Source: Eukaryota sp. TZLM1-RC (lineage: Eukaryota > Protista > Metamonada: BaSk clade). Taken from it: a DNA stretch of 64,000 nucleotides. This document shows, piece by piece, positions 1-12,445 of the stretch. Location of the stretch: positions 744,001 to 808,000 of the forward strand of contig JAUPSS010000005.1 in the NCBI GenBank assembly GCA_040285825.1, written 5' to 3'. Both the position numbers and the translations under genes were made by a program. Within the stretch, counting starts at the first letter, position 1. The number at the start of each line of letters is the position of its first letter. The notes beneath the pieces were generated by a model. The model was not told the origin of the DNA. It worked only from the letters and a program-made list of their open reading frames with translations, and made no database searches.

Positions 1-728
1 TCAGGACTCAACTATTCACATGGAACCACAACTCTTGGCTTTGTCTTCCAAGGTGGCGTACTTATATGCGTCGATTCCCGATCGACAATGGTATACACTA
101 CCCCCATCCTTCTCACATCAGGGCCCTTACATTAGCTCACAATCTGTGAAGAAAGTCCTAGAAATCAACCCATACCTGCTAGGAACCATGGCTGGTGGTG
201 CTGCTGATTGTGCATTCTGGGAACGTGTTCTCTCCGAAAGATGCAGGCTTTGGGAACTAGAACATGGAGACAGAGTATCTGTGTCAGCCGCTAGCAAGAT
301 GCTTTCCAATATGCTATACCAATACAAAGGATATGGACTTGTTGTAGGTACCATGATTGCTGGCTTTGACCACAAAGGTCCTGGCCTTTTCTACGTTGAT
401 TCAGAAGGTATTTCCTCCTTGGATTTCCACTCACCCCAGGTCAACGCTTCAGAGGTGATGTTTTCTCAGTAGGAAGTGGTTCTACTTATGCTTATGGTGT
501 CCTTGATTCTGGCTATAAGTTTGACTTAACTGATGAAGAAGCCGTGGAGCTGGGCCAACGAGCGATTGCACATGCTACTCATAGAGATGCTTATTCTGGT
601 TTGTTGTAATTAGCTCATTATTAACATTAGGCGGATGGATCAACACTTACTTGGTAAGAGAGGACGGCTGGCAAAGATTTGATAGGATAGATAATTTGGA
701 AGTTTTGACAGGTGAGCAAGAACAATAA
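1..728 (+). CDS. PSMB5: Proteasome subunit beta type-5, 5'-partial; introns 91-121, 408-439, 599-630
   Basis: Removing three GT-AG introns (31, 32, 32 nt) gives [36 protein letters not shown]...[10 protein letters not shown]...[15 protein letters not shown]...HRDAYSGG, with stop TAA at 726-728. Confidence 0.95.
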
Positions 729-1899
729 AAGGTGTTTATAACTGGTTTTTTTGTTGGTAAATCGTGATGTTTTCAAGAATGTTTTTTTTGAAATAGGTTT
801 GTAGAAACATTTGGGGTTGAATAATTCTAGATAACATTCTGTTTGATTGTTGTTTTATATCAAGGTAATTAATCAACAACAATGGTGTAGTTGATTCTTG
901 ACCTGAAATATTCATTGTCAGGTGTATTTTACAAAAATCCAAAATACCTGATGTTATTTTGATTCTGGAATTTTTTTCCCAGGATTTTTGTTTGTAAACA
1001 GGCGAGAAATAATTTACTTAACGAATTAGTGAGTTCTTGTTAACCCCCATTTTATTCCTCGTTTGTTATGATTTTTGCCTTGATTTACTGTTAAACTCAA
1101 GTAGTTATGAAACTTTCAGCCAAGTAAAAGTTAGAATGAAATTGTTGATGAAGGATATCGATATGGATGCCATTGATATAAATCTTACTTTAATCTGTTT
1201 AGTGACAAATTGAATTAATAAAACTACTGTTTAGATGTACATTCCTATTTTCATTAAGATAGAATTGAGAAACTAATCGATAGAATCGTACTTTTTTTAA
1301 AAAGATAAAATGGCCATTATAGCATAATACAGTTCAAAAAAGCAAACAGGTCCAAAAACAACAATAATTCCACATAAATTATAAACAAGACAAATTTACC
1401 ACAATGAATACATTTTATCGTGGAAGGGTAACAACAAAATGTTGCTGTTAGACTAATTGAACGAGTCATTAGGTCATGTTACGTAAATCTGTCGTCAAGA
1501 TGAAAACAGTCTTATGGAAAGGTTCTCATTTTTACTTCGATTGTAGCTGTAAATAATCAATTCTCCAATATTGATAGTTTATCAGTGTTCATTTATTGAT
1601 TCACAGGATTCAAAGAAAATAGGGAAATATTTAAGTCAACGTCTTGTTTAGAAGATTGTGTGATGCAATTCATTTTTTTGTGGATATACAAGAACTGTTG
1701 TTGTTACAAAGCTTTATGTACAAACGATGGTCATCTGACACTCGATCAATAACACTAACTCAGTTTGTTTTCCATGATGTTATCAACATTATATCATGTT
1801 ATAAAGTTATTAATAATGAATGAGAGAATTCTAAAAATCGTTTAAATTCGTTTTTAAAAGACCGACAAAAATTCAAATAAAGATGCCAAAGAATCATAG

Positions 1900-2481
1900 A
1901 TTTATCAAAACAAAACAGTAAATGAATAAGAAGAAGAACTAAAACAGTTTTCAAAAAAACTCTAGATCATGAAGAATTCCTAAACTAGGGAAAAACTGTT
2001 CTCGCCATGGTGCTTCTTACTTTAATAAAAATAAGGAGTAATGAAACTAAGAAGATTCATGGCCACAGAGAGGTTTGAAGCAAAACGTATGAATGAATTT
2101 GAAAATAAGTTTGGAGGTCCAGAAAATAACAATGTAGTGACGGGTGATTGGAAGCAAACCAATTTCAAACATCAAGCACCTACAAAGAATGTTGGTTATC
2201 GAAAGATGTTTAAAAAACGTAACTTTCGTCTATTGCTGCTGGATGAATATAGAACAAGTTGTCGATGTCATGCATGTGTACTCGACGGAAAAGAAGGTGA
2301 AAATGTAAAGAAACATCTAGTACCTAATCCAAGACCTTACAGGAGAGCAAAGACTCCAACAGTCGTTAGACATGGATTACTCACTTGCGGGAAGTGTGGA
2401 TGTCTATGGGATCGTAATGTCAATGCTGTTCTTAATATGGTTTATGTTGTGGATGTGTATCTGAAGTACCTCAAGTTTTGA
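1900..2481 (+). mobile_element. Fanzor (TnpB-like) C-terminal remnant
   Basis: ORF 2041-2481 has GDW, RuvC-II DEYRTS, CxxC (CHAC), NPRP, HGLL, CGKC and WDRNVNAVLN. Upstream sequence is degraded; the start is approximate. Confidence 0.85.
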
Positions 2482-2557
2482 AAAGAGCAACTTGATTCAT
2501 CTTCAAATTCCAATAATCTCAACGAGTTGCTATTTGTCTTTTTTGTGCTGTTAGCCG

Positions 2558-4933
2558 ATGTCTGACTCAGAGCTGGACCTGCCCCTCTCAGAACTTACTA
2601 AAAGGTCTACTCAACCCATAGAACGTAAACAATCATCTCCTCCTCCCACTCAGGAAGTTCCTTCTCCTGACGATGACGATGACACTCCTCTCTCTCAACT
2701 TACCAAATTTGCTACCCGCAAACTCCCAAAACGCTCCACTCGCTCCACTCGTAAAACTCGCTCTGCCTCCAAACCTGAACCCCAGCCCAAACCAGAGAAA
2801 AAAAGAACCAGAAAAGCCAAGTCCACAGCTCCCACCAAGCAATCAAGAGTTGAGGATGATGAACAACCAGAACCCCTTCTCACCAAATGGACCACTCTCT
2901 CCCACAATGGAGTACTCTTCGCCCCTCTCTATGAACCCCACGGTGTACCTCTTCTCTATGACGGTGAGGAGATGATATTACCACCAGAAGCCGAGGAATG
3001 GGCAACTCATTATGCGTCTGTGGTAGGTACTCCTTGGGTCAGTAAGGAAGTGTTTAATAATAACTTTTGGAAGTGCTGGAAACCTTTTATTAAGGGTTTG
3101 GGTATTAAAAGTTTGAGCAAATGCGATTTCACTCTTATTAAACAACATTTAGATGTTGAACGTGAAAGAAGAAAAAATAGAACAAAGGAAGAAAAAGAAG
3201 AAGAAAAGAAGAAGAAACTAAAGGAAAAGGAAACTTATGGCTATGCCATTGTTGACGGTCGAAAAGAGCTCATTGGAAATTTTAGAGTCGAACCACCTTC
3301 CTTATTCAGAGGCAGAGGAGCTCATCCCAAAATGGGGATGTTTAAATCACGAATCGAGCCGAAAGATGTTACCATTAATATTCAAAAAGATATCCCAATC
3401 CCCAAACCAGGACCTCCTTATGAAGGTCATGCTTATGGCAATGTGATTCATGATACTGCCAAGGAATATTTGGCTTATTGGACTGAGCCTAATTTCAATA
3501 TAACTAAATACGTCAGATTGTCTGCAACCTCCCAGTGGAAAGGAGAGTCTGATTTAAACAAATTTGAAGTCGCTAGACGTCTTGCAATCAAAATTGATGA
3601 CTTCAGGTCCAAATATTGGGGTTTGATTCAATCAGATGACAGACGTGACCAACAAGTTGGTGTTGTCTTGTATCTAATTGATCACTTTGCATTTAGAGTC
3701 GGACATCAAAAAGGAAGTGATGAGGCCGATACAGTCGGTTGTTGCTCTCTAAGAAAAGATCACGTGATGTTAACGAGAAGGAAACGTTGGTGGCGTGAAC
3801 GGCAACCAATCAATCAATCGTTTGATGAGAGTCAGATTGAGGATGTATATCAATCAGATAACGAGGATGTACTTGAAGACCCAATGATTAAGGCTTCCAT
3901 GGGTAATTTGGCTGCTGTCAATGTTCCTCTCCTCCCCCCTTCAGGCACTTGTCCCACGTATGACTTTTCAGAGGACGAAGATGACGTCACTGCCACGTCA
4001 TCAACTGTTGGCGGCGACGCTCTAATGGGCTATAGTGGTTACGAAAGAGACGAAGAAGGAGTTTCTGATGATGAAGGTCTTGATGGGGTTTGGCCTTTCT
4101 ATATTGTTTTTGATTTCTTGGGTAAGGACTCTGTTCGGTTTTTTCAGAGGAAACGCATTCATTGCTTGGTTTGGAAACGTTTGTTTGATTGGAAAAGTGA
4201 TGTTTCTCGAGGTGCAGATCTTTTTGATTGTATTACACCTACAATGGTTAATTCAAAACTCAAGGAATTGACTGAAATAGATGACATTAGTGGAAAATCT
4301 ATAAGAACTTTCAATGCATCGGCTACCTTGGCTCGAATGTTACCTCTGCATGAAGTCAATCTCGAAGCAAAGGACAAAGTTACTCAGTTAGTGGCCTTTT
4401 TCAATGAGTGTAACAAGAAAGTTGCTATATTATGTAATCATCAGCGTGCTGTCTCCAAAACTTTTGATCAACAAGTGGCTAACATTGAAAAGAAAATAGA
4501 ATTGCAGAAAAAGAAGTTGAGGTATTACAAAAGTGAAAAGAAAGCTGTTGAGAAAGGTTTAGAAATTCCAGTAATGCCGATCGAAATTAGACCAAAAACA
4601 AGGGTCAAAAAAGAGACTAAACAAGAAGATGATGTGAAAAATGATGTGAAAAAGGTCAAAAAACCAAGGAAAAGGTCAATAAAACAGATTGAAAAATCAA
4701 TTTCTACCACTGAATTATCTATATCCAGATTGAATTCTCAGCTTAATATGAAAGAATCCCTCAAAGCCGTTTCTTTGACCACTTCCAAAACCAATTACAT
4801 TGATCCCAGAATTGTTGTTTCTTTTGCGAAGAAGTATGATATTCCACTATCGAAGTTTTACACCAAGTCCTTACAAGAAAGGTTTACTTGGGCAGATGTG
4901 GATGCTGACTGGGAATATTTGGAAAATGAGTAA
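2558..4933 (+). CDS. TOP1: DNA topoisomerase IB
   Basis: KWTTLSHNGV, FRGRGAHPKMG, FRVG, FDFLGKDS, RTFNAS, CNHQR and catalytic Tyr in SKTNYIDPR; intronless, 791 aa. Confidence 0.97.
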   Translation: MSDSELDLPLSELTKRSTQPIERKQSSPPPTQEVPSPDDDDDTPLSQLTKFATRKLPKRSTRSTRKTRSASKPEPQPKPEKKRTRKAKSTAPTKQSRVEDDEQPEPLLTKWTTLSHNGVLFAPLYEPHGVPLLYDGEEMILPPEAEEWATHYASVVGTPWVSKEVFNNNFWKCWKPFIKGLGIKSLSKCDFTLIKQHLDVERERRKNRTKEEKEEEKKKKLKEKETYGYAIVDGRKELIGNFRVEPPSLFRGRGAHPKMGMFKSRIEPKDVTINIQKDIPIPKPGPPYEGHAYGNVIHDTAKEYLAYWTEPNFNITKYVRLSATSQWKGESDLNKFEVARRLAIKIDDFRSKYWGLIQSDDRRDQQVGVVLYLIDHFAFRVGHQKGSDEADTVGCCSLRKDHVMLTRRKRWWRERQPINQSFDESQIEDVYQSDNEDVLEDPMIKASMGNLAAVNVPLLPPSGTCPTYDFSEDEDDVTATSSTVGGDALMGYSGYERDEEGVSDDEGLDGVWPFYIVFDFLGKDSVRFFQRKRIHCLVWKRLFDWKSDVSRGADLFDCITPTMVNSKLKELTEIDDISGKSIRTFNASATLARMLPLHEVNLEAKDKVTQLVAFFNECNKKVAILCNHQRAVSKTFDQQVANIEKKIELQKKKLRYYKSEKKAVEKGLEIPVMPIEIRPKTRVKKETKQEDDVKNDVKKVKKPRKRSIKQIEKSISTTELSISRLNSQLNMKESLKAVSLTTSKTNYIDPRIVVSFAKKYDIPLSKFYTKSLQERFTWADVDADWEYLENE

Positions 4934-5579
4934 ATTTGAATTTTATTTATTTAATTTATTTATTTGTATTTTTAGCGTTGTGAGAATTTAATTTAAATTT
5001 AAATTTTATTGTCATTTTTTTGTTGCTTCACTATCCATTTTACAATAAATAATTTTCTTATATAACAAAATTTTACATCAATGTCAGTAATTTTGAAATA
5101 AATGGTGTTTATTCGATCGCAAACCCCACAATTAATTATATTCCTGAATCTTTTTTAATTAATTTTCAGATCAAGTTAGTTATCATTCTGTCAATGAATT
5201 CTGTTATGATGTTCATGACTTTGACATGTTGAACTGTTGAACTTCTTAACAAAAGCAATCCCAAATTGTATCATTAATTGAATCTCAGATTGTAACCGTT
5301 TGAATTTACTCAAACCGAACAGAATTTATTAAAATATTACCTTCCAAACAAGACATTAATTCAACCGCTTGCTTAGAATTGTTTTAAGGGACAAAGAATT
5401 AATACAATACCCCATTTCACAAATACAAGTACGGATGAACCTCTTTTTTTTCAGAAGTTGAGTCAAATCATCCAAGAAAAATGAAGTGACTGGTCCAAGA
5501 GAGCGATGTAGGGAAAAAGCTAAAGGTAAAAGCACATAATGTTGCCTTAAGTCGCGAAGATAAAGTGAATGAGGTAAAG

Positions 5580-5870
5580 TTGAATTATTTTGCCCTTATT
5601 CTATTAAACAATAATGAGTGTGAGATTCAGCGTTCAAGGAAACCAAATTTGCTTTATATTTATCAATTTTAGAATTTTCGACAACAGAGAGCGGATTCTT
5701 GTGTTTTGACTGAGCTAATGGTATAAAGGAATTATTACACACATCAATCAATCTCACATCAGATATGATAGTTGTCCCATCAAGTTCTTCAAGCATTAAA
5801 TCACCTCTGTTACGACCAAAAGAATTCAAAGTGCCCTCATCAACTAACTGAGAGACCAATTCACAAACAT
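5580..5870 (-). mobile_element. Non-LTR retrotransposon RLE-domain fragment
   Basis: RNRGDL...DVRLIDVC...KIDKY resembles the RLE motif of the larger copies and is similar to 55575-55810. Confidence 0.65.
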
Positions 5871-6539
5871 TTCAAAACCCTTTCTTTCAATTCATTCTAC
5901 TCAATGAAACAGATTTAATTACAGTCGAAGCCTGGAATCTGTAGAACAAAACTAATGCTGTGGTTCAATTGGTAATTTGAGCCAATTCCATATTGAACTA
6001 TTAGGAGATGTGGTTTGTGTCGAAATCCATACACGAAGATGATCTCTTTTCAGAGAACAACTGGAGCAGTTGGTACAACAATCCTCAATCAATCAGTAGA
6101 TTTATTGAATAAACAAAACATTATCAACTAGAGTATATTCAAGCTACAACATGCAAGCAGAAAAAATGGTGTGAACAAGTTGGGAATAGGGGGTGAGAAT
6201 AAGCGAAGTCAGGGAGTGAAAATAGGGTGTCCCATTGAATATAAACAATTGATAAATGCAAAACACTAATATCCGACATCAATTTTCAAAATCTTGCTAA
6301 TTAAATCTAAGTATATTAGCTAATTATGAATGTTAACCTAAAACACCTCGAAATCTACTAAATCCTTATTTTATTTACCAAGGCTTAAAAACCAATACAA
6401 ATAAAGAACTTCCATAATAATACATCAAAGGAAAAATTTGTAATTTAATAATAGAAATACAATCAAAAATAACATATTAAATCACAAACAGTGTTGAAAA
6501 ACACCAAATCGTAAATTTTGCCACATCACTACTACGTCA

Positions 6540-7913
6540 TCAAAGCTGCTTAAAACTAGATTTGACAGCTAAATCACGAACGCTGGTCCTAAACCTAGAA
6601 CTATCATTCATTGAAGCTCCATTACTCAATAAATACAAAGCAATATTAATCAAATTCCGATCTTTTCCCTTTCTTTTCCCCCTCCTAGGACTATTGCTAG
6701 TGTACACTGCACTATGAAGAGGAGAATAACCCAAGCCATCCACAAATGTTGGATCAGCTCCACTTTCCACTAGACACTTTACCACCTCAAGGGAACCACT
6801 CTCCACTGCTAAATTTAACATTGAACCTTGTCTTTGATCAATCAAATTAGGATTGGCTCTGTGGTTTAGGAGTAACTTCACTAGTGAAGCATTTCTTGTT
6901 TGGATGGCGTAAAAGAGAGGCACATGGTGGTGGCCGTCTTTGATATCAATAACGGGATTAAATGACAGAAATTCAGAGAGAATTGTGTATTGGTGACGTG
7001 TCATGACGTCATCATTTGCCACGTCATGCCACGTGTCACTAACCAAATAGTGCAGAGGGGTTTTCAACTGAGAATCACGTATGTTAACATTACAACCAAG
7101 TTTAGTAATCAACATTCCCAAACAGGAAGGTTTATTTGACCCGGTCAACAACGAACTGACCCCCATCGACTTTTGATTATCAATCAAACACTTGTAATAT
7201 TTGAAAACTAAATGCAAAGTAGAAAGACCATCAGATGAACAAAGACTGTTGAGTAGAATTGATGTATTTAAGTGTTGTTCCAAATACCAATACAAATTCA
7301 AAATTTCAAAAAACACTTCATGATTTTCTCCAATAATTGCTGAATGAATGGGCAATCGTCCCTTGTAATCAGTTGATTGCAGAATTGAAGCTACATCAGA
7401 AGCATAGGATGAAGAGAAAGAAAACACAAATTTAACAATCTGCACATGACCTTTGAGAGCTCCCACATGGAGTAAGGTTTGATGTTTGGAATTAGTGAGA
7501 GTAGCAAGCGTTCGGAACGTGACTGGTGACGTGGCAGTGACGTCATCGAGGAGAGCGTGGAGTGGGGGCAAGTCTCCCTTGGTGGCAGCACGGAAGACAG
7601 TTTTGGAGAGAGATGCGGGTGCATTGGAATCAGCAGGACCTGCACGACATGTTAGAGGGGGAAGTTTGTGTATTTGTTCCCGAGAGTGGATATCAGATAC
7701 AATGGATGTTAGTTTGTCCACAGAAGTGTCAATTTGATTGATGATGGCAGGGAGACGAAGATCCGAACGAGGTGTGAAAGCATCATCAAATGATTCAATA
7801 GCTTCTTGGAGTTTGAGTTTTTGATCAAGAGTTATACCATATGAAGGACGTTGGAGTTGTTGCTGTGCATCTAATCTAAGAGGACGAAGAGTTGAAGGAA
7901 CAGTATTGAGCAT
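6540..7913 (-). CDS. Ankyrin-repeat protein
   Basis: Ankyrin motifs TLLHVGALKGH, GRLPIHSA, KTPLHY, PLFYAI...LLLNHRANPN, SPLHSAV. Confidence 0.85.
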   Translation of the reverse strand: MLNTVPSTLRPLRLDAQQQLQRPSYGITLDQKLKLQEAIESFDDAFTPRSDLRLPAIINQIDTSVDKLTSIVSDIHSREQIHKLPPLTCRAGPADSNAPASLSKTVFRAATKGDLPPLHALLDDVTATSPVTFRTLATLTNSKHQTLLHVGALKGHVQIVKFVFSFSSSYASDVASILQSTDYKGRLPIHSAIIGENHEVFFEILNLYWYLEQHLNTSILLNSLCSSDGLSTLHLVFKYYKCLIDNQKSMGVSSLLTGSNKPSCLGMLITKLGCNVNIRDSQLKTPLHYLVSDTWHDVANDDVMTRHQYTILSEFLSFNPVIDIKDGHHHVPLFYAIQTRNASLVKLLLNHRANPNLIDQRQGSMLNLAVESGSLEVVKCLVESGADPTFVDGLGYSPLHSAVYTSNSPRRGKRKGKDRNLINIALYLLSNGASMNDSSRFRTSVRDLAVKSSFKQL

Positions 7914-7981
7914 GAATCAAACATAATGGGGAAATTCCCCATATGTACATGATCTATTTTCGTGTGGAATAATTACAAACA

Positions 7982-10334
7982 CTAACTACTACTCAAATAC
8001 TGAGGCCTTTCATTACCACTCTTTCTCGCTTCAGCAATCGCGAACATATTCAAACATGCCAACTTATTTCTATTAAACAGCTTTTTCGAACCATTGTTAC
8101 TAGATTTACACCTCTCACTATTGCAAGCTAATAAACCATGGCATGTAGTCACGGGATGCTTTTCTCTTTGATAAAATCTTGGATTGTTGACTCTTAAAAA
8201 CTTACCAACTCTTTGAAAACAAACAGGACATTTTGCTGATGTGAATGCTTCATTGACCATCAATACTTCAAATCCATTTCTTTTCAGGAACAGAATCCAT
8301 CCAATTCCTCTAGTAGGCCTTTGATGTTTCAAATTTTTGGAACCGTTTTTACCATAATCACCCATTAGAATTAAGATGTCTTTTGGGTTGCCAAACTGTT
8401 GAACAAGGTTTTTTAACAACCAACTTTCAGTCTTTTGCTTGTGAATAAAAGCTTGCATTTTATGAATGCTCCACAAGTCAAGGCTGTAAAAGTCAATAGT
8501 CAAAAAAACTTGCCGAAGTTTGGCAACCACAAAGTTGGCAAAATCTATAAAAGTTGCTGAATTTGCTGCAAACGATGACAATTCGGTGTTTGCATCTTCG
8601 ATTGTTTGGTTCACGTTCTCCTCTGCATAAGTATTCTGGTTGTTTTTCATTCATTTTACTTTTCAAAGACCAAGACATTTGAGTCATTCTCAACCATTTG
8701 TACTTCTTGTCTTGATTCATCACCCTACTATTCCTTTGCTGTTCAGTTTCATTTTGGGGAACCATGGCCAATTCTCGATCAGTCTTTCTACTCCCAAAGT
8801 ACAGTACATCACGTTTTCCAGGATCACATACAACGATTCGTTTGTCCTGAAAAGTATCCACGTTAACATCATCAATATACAAATCAGAAATACTTGCCTT
8901 GTTGTCTGGTTTACATTTCTGGCCTTCCAAATCTCGACGAACAAATTCCACTGCAATATTAAAACCATCTGTGTGGATAATGTTGTTGAATTTATAACTT
9001 TTCTGTTTGAACATAGGTTGGTTTAAATCGAGAATATTGGACCAAAAATCAAATTGCTCAGGTGGTTTGAATCTTGTAACTTGGGCTAGTGTATTGACCA
9101 TTTTTAATGTTTGATTAGCTGATAAATCATCATGTAATGTTTGTCTAATAATTGTCCATATTGTTCTTGTATCAATAGGGAAATAACCAGGACCCACAGT
9201 GGTCGAAACAGGAGAGATATGATAAGGTTTCCCCTCTCTACTAGAAATAAATTGGGCAATTGTAATTGCTGGAGTTAGGAATATTTGAGGATCCTTTTCA
9301 ACAGCATCTGCAAGAAAATGTAAATCAACTGGAAATATATTATCAATGAGATTACCATCAGTGACCAATTGCTGAATTTGACAAGTAACTGGCTCAATTA
9401 GACCTTTAAAGATGTCTCTATGTTCATTATTTCTTATATCATGCTGTTCACATATATCGAAAAATTCATCATCCAAATGATCTGAGATATTTTCAGGATG
9501 GTGAAACAAAGCACTCAAATAATCTATATCGTCAACTAAAAACATATTTTTAAATTGTCGAAGCCTAAATCTATATAGTGAAATAATGGTAGATAATGGC
9601 TTTGAGTATCCACCCAGCTTATGCATTTCCGATAACTCATTTTCCACACCTGTTTTGTCAAAATACACATTAATAAAGCGATTAATATGTTTCTCATAAT
9701 TTAATTTCAAATTATTCTCAAAATTTGCAAACATAACTGGGGCCATATACTCAGGTGGTCGACTGAATCCATCTGTTGGAAATCGTGGGAAGTATTCAGG
9801 CCTGTGTCTCAAGTGATCAAGATAACTTAAAGTTTTGTTTAACTTTTGTTGTTCAAAGGTAGTTAATAAATTATATTCTCCTTCTCCATAAACAAAATCT
9901 TCCAAATCCTGTGGAATTTCACTTTTAGGCTTTACCATTTGTTGCTCATAATTAATAATGATGGTCACTCATTTTCAACAGCAGCGAATATTTACTTTCC
10001 AAAAAGAAGTTGTGTTGATCAAACCTTCCAATAGCAATTGAAACTAAAAACACTATTTGATTTGAAATCCACTCATCAAACTCCTCATCATTTTTTCTTT
10101 TTAAAAGATTTAAATCATCTTTTCTAATCTTGTCAATTATCTGATCAGGAGGCAGAAATTGATTGTCCTGATTTTGATAAAGATGGCCATCCTGATAGGT
10201 TTCAAGATCAATACACATAACCATTGGAAGATTTTGATTAATACTCTTTGATTAAATATAACATCCTTGCTTTTGTTTGCGGTCTCTGAAAGTTTACCCA
10301 ATGTTTTTTCAGCTTGCTGTTTAATTAGATTCAA
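7982..10334 (-). mobile_element. Near full-length Fanzor ORF, frameshifted (ORFs 10137-10334, 9952-10224, 8493-9968, 7982-8650)
   Basis: HTDGF; RuvC-I CDPGKRD; MGDY; RuvC-II NEAFTS; CPVC; NPR; CHGLLAC; FNRNKLACLN; RPQYLS. Confidence 0.85.
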
Positions 10335-10377
10335 CCAAAAAGTACAAAAAAATTTGTTACCGTTCCGATACGTACTT

Positions 10378-12445
10378 ATACCACTGATGGAATTGCTTCA
10401 GCAGTCTTTGCTACAGATGTCCTTGCTTGTTGTTGCATTTCAGTAATGCCTTCAATTCAATTCATCGGTGCAGTATTCATGGTGCTTTGTTTAATTTCTT
10501 GCCAGAATTGTTTCCTTATCTTCAAACAAGATATTGCACCAATTCTGATTTGCATTATGCTGATTCTATTTTGAAATCATCATGTGGTGTTGAGCAAGGA
10601 TATCCATTGGGAGCTCTTTTGTTTTGTCTTGACATTCATCTAATTTTATCACAAATTCAAGAGATGTTTCCTTCTTTAAAAATGATTTTTTTCATGGATA
10701 ATGTTGTTCTTATAGGTGACTTATCGATCGTCAGAGAAGCAGCTGTATGTTTTAAAGAATTATTCAACAATATTGCCATTCGAGTCAATTTACTTAAATG
10801 TGTTTTACTTTCAAATTCTCCAGTTTCTACAATAGTTGGTGGTACTAAAAATCACGCCAAATCATATTGAACTATTGCTAGTCGTCATTTATGTTCGTAT
10901 TTAGGAAATACTGATGAAGTTACTAAAGAATAGTTTCATAAGTTTACTTTTTTGAGCTTGAAATAGACTCATAACTAATTGGACGAGAGAAATATTTCCT
11001 AGAATATTATTTCCTAGACCAAATAATGAAATTGGATTCACAAAAACATATCAAATTTACCATTACAAGACTACGTTTTAGTTCCAATTTTAATCATATA
11101 TTTCGATCTACAAATCCTCTCGTCACTAGACCTTTGGCTCAAAAGTTTAATGAATTACGTGCAAAAGTTTTGTCTCAATTACTGGGATGTAATCTGTTCC
11201 AAATTCCTGATCATGCTCATCTTAGCCCACATTATTGCGGTTTAGGTTGGACAAAGGCTTCTATTCTTACTTTTTGTGCTTTTATTGGTGGATGCAGAAA
11301 TGCAATCTTTGAGTTTTCTGAAACATTTGCAGATTGGGAAGATTTATTAATGTCAACGCAAAGTTCTACCACTTTTGCATTAAATGAAAAATTCCAAAAA
11401 TCGATGTAGAAAAATGGAGTCGATGCTCTCCCCAATCATTCAATGGCAATATTCCCGAAAAGGATTAGTTAATTTGAAATTACACTCTGTGAACACTACA
11501 GAAACGATTGACTGGAATGTATGAAAATGATCTTTTTAAATATATATGCAGCTCGGCTGTTGTAAATCAAGATCTTCACTCGTTGTTATTGGAAACAAGT
11601 GTTTGTGAAAACAAGTCATCAGATTCTGCACTTTCTGTAACCATTACACCACGCAGATTTGGACTGTGTGCCACTAATGAAGCATTTGTAACAAAAATGA
11701 GATTATATTTGAATATCCCCATTAATCAATTGTTATCAAAGGAAAAATGTATTTGTTCGAATTCACCTCAGCTTACTTTGCAACATGCTCTGAATTGTTC
11801 GAAATTGATAACTTATCGTTCTTCATTACATGATGCTGTTAGAGACACTGTTTTCAATATGGCACAAACTGCAAGAATATCGTGTATCAAATAGCCTCTG
11901 CTGAAGGAAAGAATGTCTCTGAATAATTTTGGTTCTGATGATAGAGGTGTTGTATACTGTGATTGGATTGATAACTCTGCAACTGTTGTTGACTTTGTCT
12001 CATGTAATGTTGCAAATGATACTTTGGTTTACAGAAGAAAACTTAATCTTGTAGGTGCTCTTGAATTTAAAGCTAAAGAAAAACATAGAAAATATGACAA
12101 ATACATCGAAGAGGCTAATGCTGGTAGAACTAGACCACTTGTTCTTATTTCCTTCCCATTTTCTATAAACGGAACACTATCAGTAGAGGCAGGAACTTTT
12201 TTGAATGGTTTCCAAAAAATGGTTTAAGAAAAACAATGAAAAGATTTGACACCTTTTTATGGCGCTTTTGAATTCAATTTGTCATTACTAATTGATTGCC
12301 TTGGTTTTTCAATTGAATCAGAGAAGCTTTTGCTAGACATCAATCAGATCAAGATTTTGAAGAGGAAATGTTGGTTCATTGAATTTCGTCCCATTAGTTC
12401 TGAGTTTATTTTGTTAAGTGTGCAAGTTCAATAAATTAATTTTTT
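10378..12445 (+). mobile_element. Decayed RT-RLE non-LTR retrotransposon (relative of family A), 5'-truncated
   Basis: Fragmented ORFs with FSNAFNS, GVEQGYPLG, FMDN, CIC..HALNC..HD, RGVVYCD, KHRKY; 3' end TTCAATAAATTAATT. Confidence 0.85.

Noticed and set aside
20-472. 150-aa ORF from the track as the PSMB5 protein
   Set aside because: Its N- and C-termini are wrong-frame or intronic; the spliced model restores the conserved HGTTT and GSGS motifs.
1640-1745. Possible MULE DDE-like motif (CDAIHF...Y...NDGHL)
   Set aside because: Too degenerate to support without a profile search.
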